From contig OZ024741.1 in NCBI GenBank assembly GCA_964016885.1, positions 54,622,001 to 54,686,000 on the forward strand: 64,000 nucleotides of DNA, given 5' to 3'. Position numbers and translations under genes: made by a program. The notes under the pieces were generated by a model. It worked only from the letters and a program-made list of their open reading frames with translations. It was not told where the DNA came from and searched no databases. Of this stretch, positions 62,623 to 64,000 are shown in pieces; position 1 is the first letter of the stretch, and every line of letters starts with the position of its first letter. This stretch comes from Eledone cirrhosa. Its lineage: Eukaryota.

Positions 62623-64000
62623 CTACTTCTCCGGGTTGTGTAATTTCCATGGCGTCAGGTGTGTTGGGTGGAGGGATGTTTTGTGGTGGTGTGGGGGTAC
62701 CCGAGTGTGGTGGGGTTGGGGTGTTTGGAGTTGTGTCAGAAGAGGGGAGGTTATGGGGAAATCTTTCAAGAGGACGCGATTTAACGGTTTTAAACAGGGG
62801 GTGCTCACGTCCTGTCTAAATTGTTCTTTTAAGGAACGATAAAGGTCCAGAGGGACCTTTATCATTTTTAAATGGGTGAAGTTCTCTGTTGAGATAAAGT
62901 TTGGCCCTTCGGTCTGCACCAAAGGGCTATTGTTTATTAATTTAAACAGTTTTTTGTTTTCTTTATTTATATATGTGTATTGCAATGTCTTTTTTTGTGA
63001 TGCTGTCAATGTTTCGGAGAGGGGAGGCGCAGATTTATTTTTGTTTGTTGAGGGTGGGGTGTTTTTGATTGGAGTTGGTGTTTGTGTGTGGGTTATTTGT
63101 GGTGTGCTGGGTGTGTGCTTTCTTTTTTTTCTTTTGACTTGTCTGAAGGCTTCTCCTTCTTCTTCAGAAGTTGGGGGAAACACTTCAGCGCTAGGTGGGA
63201 GGGACGTCGTGTCTGGTTGTTTTTTTTTTGCGGGAGAGGTAGATTTGTTGCTGTTTTTTTTATTATTTGTTTGGAATGCGTTTTGTGGTGGTGGTGGTGA
63301 TGTTTGTGTCGTGCTTGTGGTTGGTAATGGTGGTGGTGATGTTTGTGTTTTGGTTGGTGATGGTGGTGGTGATTTTTGTGTCGTGCTTGTGTTTGGTGCT
63401 GGTGGTGGTGATGTTTGTGTTGTGCTTGTGGTTGGTGGTGTCTGTATTTTGTTTGCTGTGTGTGATATTAGTGTATTTTTGGAGGTGGGTGGTGTTGGTG
63501 TACTGTTTGTGGTGGGTGTGGGCAATAGTCCTTTTTGGGGGATACGTTTCGGGCAATTAGCCTTAATGTTTCCCCTTTCCGTGCATAAATAGCATGCTGG
63601 TCTTCTCCCCTCTACAATTATATCTATTGGGGTGAGGTCATCCAGCCAGATGCGATCCGGGATTTGTGCTATTCTTTCGGGCCTCATTTGGACTAGTAGG
63701 TCGAGGCCCATTCCCAGGAACGCATCTCCGGATGCCTTCCCCATTGACAGCACTGTTTCCTCGCCCATGTCTATGAAGCCAGCAATAGCCCACCAGAAGT
63801 CCATTGTGGGCAGCATTGTTTGTATTTTTACTCTCTGTGTTCTTCTACCCATGTAGGAGGGATAGAAGCTGTATGTTGTCGATGAGAGTGGGCTTAGGGA
63901 AAGCTTCTGCGCCGTTTCCTTGTCTTTTGTTAAGACCGAAATGCTGCCATAGAGTCGGTCCTTTCGTATGAAGAGAATATTCTTCATATAGTCTTTTAGG
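62623..64000 (-). CDS. Tx1 ORF1 (5' end outside window; knuckle His replaced by Asn; probable C-terminal frameshift)
   Basis: CYLCTERGNIKANC, FYPSYMG, QMRPERIAQIPDRI and FRQVKRKKRKH shared with copy C. Confidence 0.8.
   Translation of the reverse strand, partial: LKDYMKNILFIRKDRLYGSISVLTKDKETAQKLSLSPLSSTTYSFYPSYMGRRTQRVKIQTMLPTMDFWWAIAGFIDMGEETVLSMGKASGDAFLGMGLDLLVQMRPERIAQIPDRIWLDDLTPIDIIVEGRRPACYLCTERGNIKANCPKRIPQKGLLPTPTTNSTPTPPTSKNTLISHTANKIQTPPTTSTTQTSPPPAPNTSTTQKSPPPSPTKTQTSPPPLPTTSTTQTSPPPPQNAFQTNNKKNSNKSTSPAKKKQPDTTSLPPSAEVFPPTSEEEGEAFRQVKRKKRKHTPSTPQITHTQTPTPIKNTPPSTNKNKSAPPLSETLTASQKKTLQYTYINKENKKLFKLINNSPLVQTEGPNFISTENFTHLKMIKVPLDLYRSLKEQFRQDVSTPCLKPLNRVLLKDFPITSPLLTQLQTPQPHHTRVPPHHHKTSLHPTHLTPWKLHNPEK

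Larger units (their letters stand above)
58921..64000 (-). mobile_element. Tx1-clade LINE copy D (runs off the window)
   Basis: ORF2 pieces 62058-62582 and 59150-61975, ORF1 62623-63987+; 3' end at (GATA)n 58887-58920. Confidence 0.95.

Noticed and set aside
57170-63592. Long plus-strand ORFs (251 aa and 238 aa) opposite Tx1 ORF1
   Set aside because: Antisense shadows of Thr/Pro/Gln-rich low-complexity coding sequence.

Overview
Eukaryotic, repeat-saturated genomic DNA, most likely from a cephalopod (Octopus-like tRNA-derived SINEs, very dense TA/TG/CATA/GATA microsatellites). I found no confidently identifiable host gene. The window is a nest of non-LTR retroelements. (i) Penelope-like elements (PLEs), including one near full-length copy with ~480-bp pseudo-LTRs (48931-52541). 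(ii) Head-to-tail Tx1-clade LINEs, each separated by (GATA)n, one with intact ORF1 and ORF2 (53087-58885). (iii) R4/Dong-like RLE elements plus a ~610-bp non-coding companion element, both in (CATA)n. (iv) RTE-like LINEs, two with 5' inversions. The most notable signal is a hidden layer of about 15 hammerhead-ribozyme (HHR) motifs from many families, all folded by eye. Two distantly related non-coding tandem repeats (465-bp and 452-bp units) each carry one minimal HHR and an octamer ATGCAAAT per unit, i.e. candidate retrozymes/circular RNAs reminiscent of newt satellite 2. Several fold-back palindromes pivot exactly on HHR helices. Clade names come from motif recognition, not database searches, and element boundaries are approximate.
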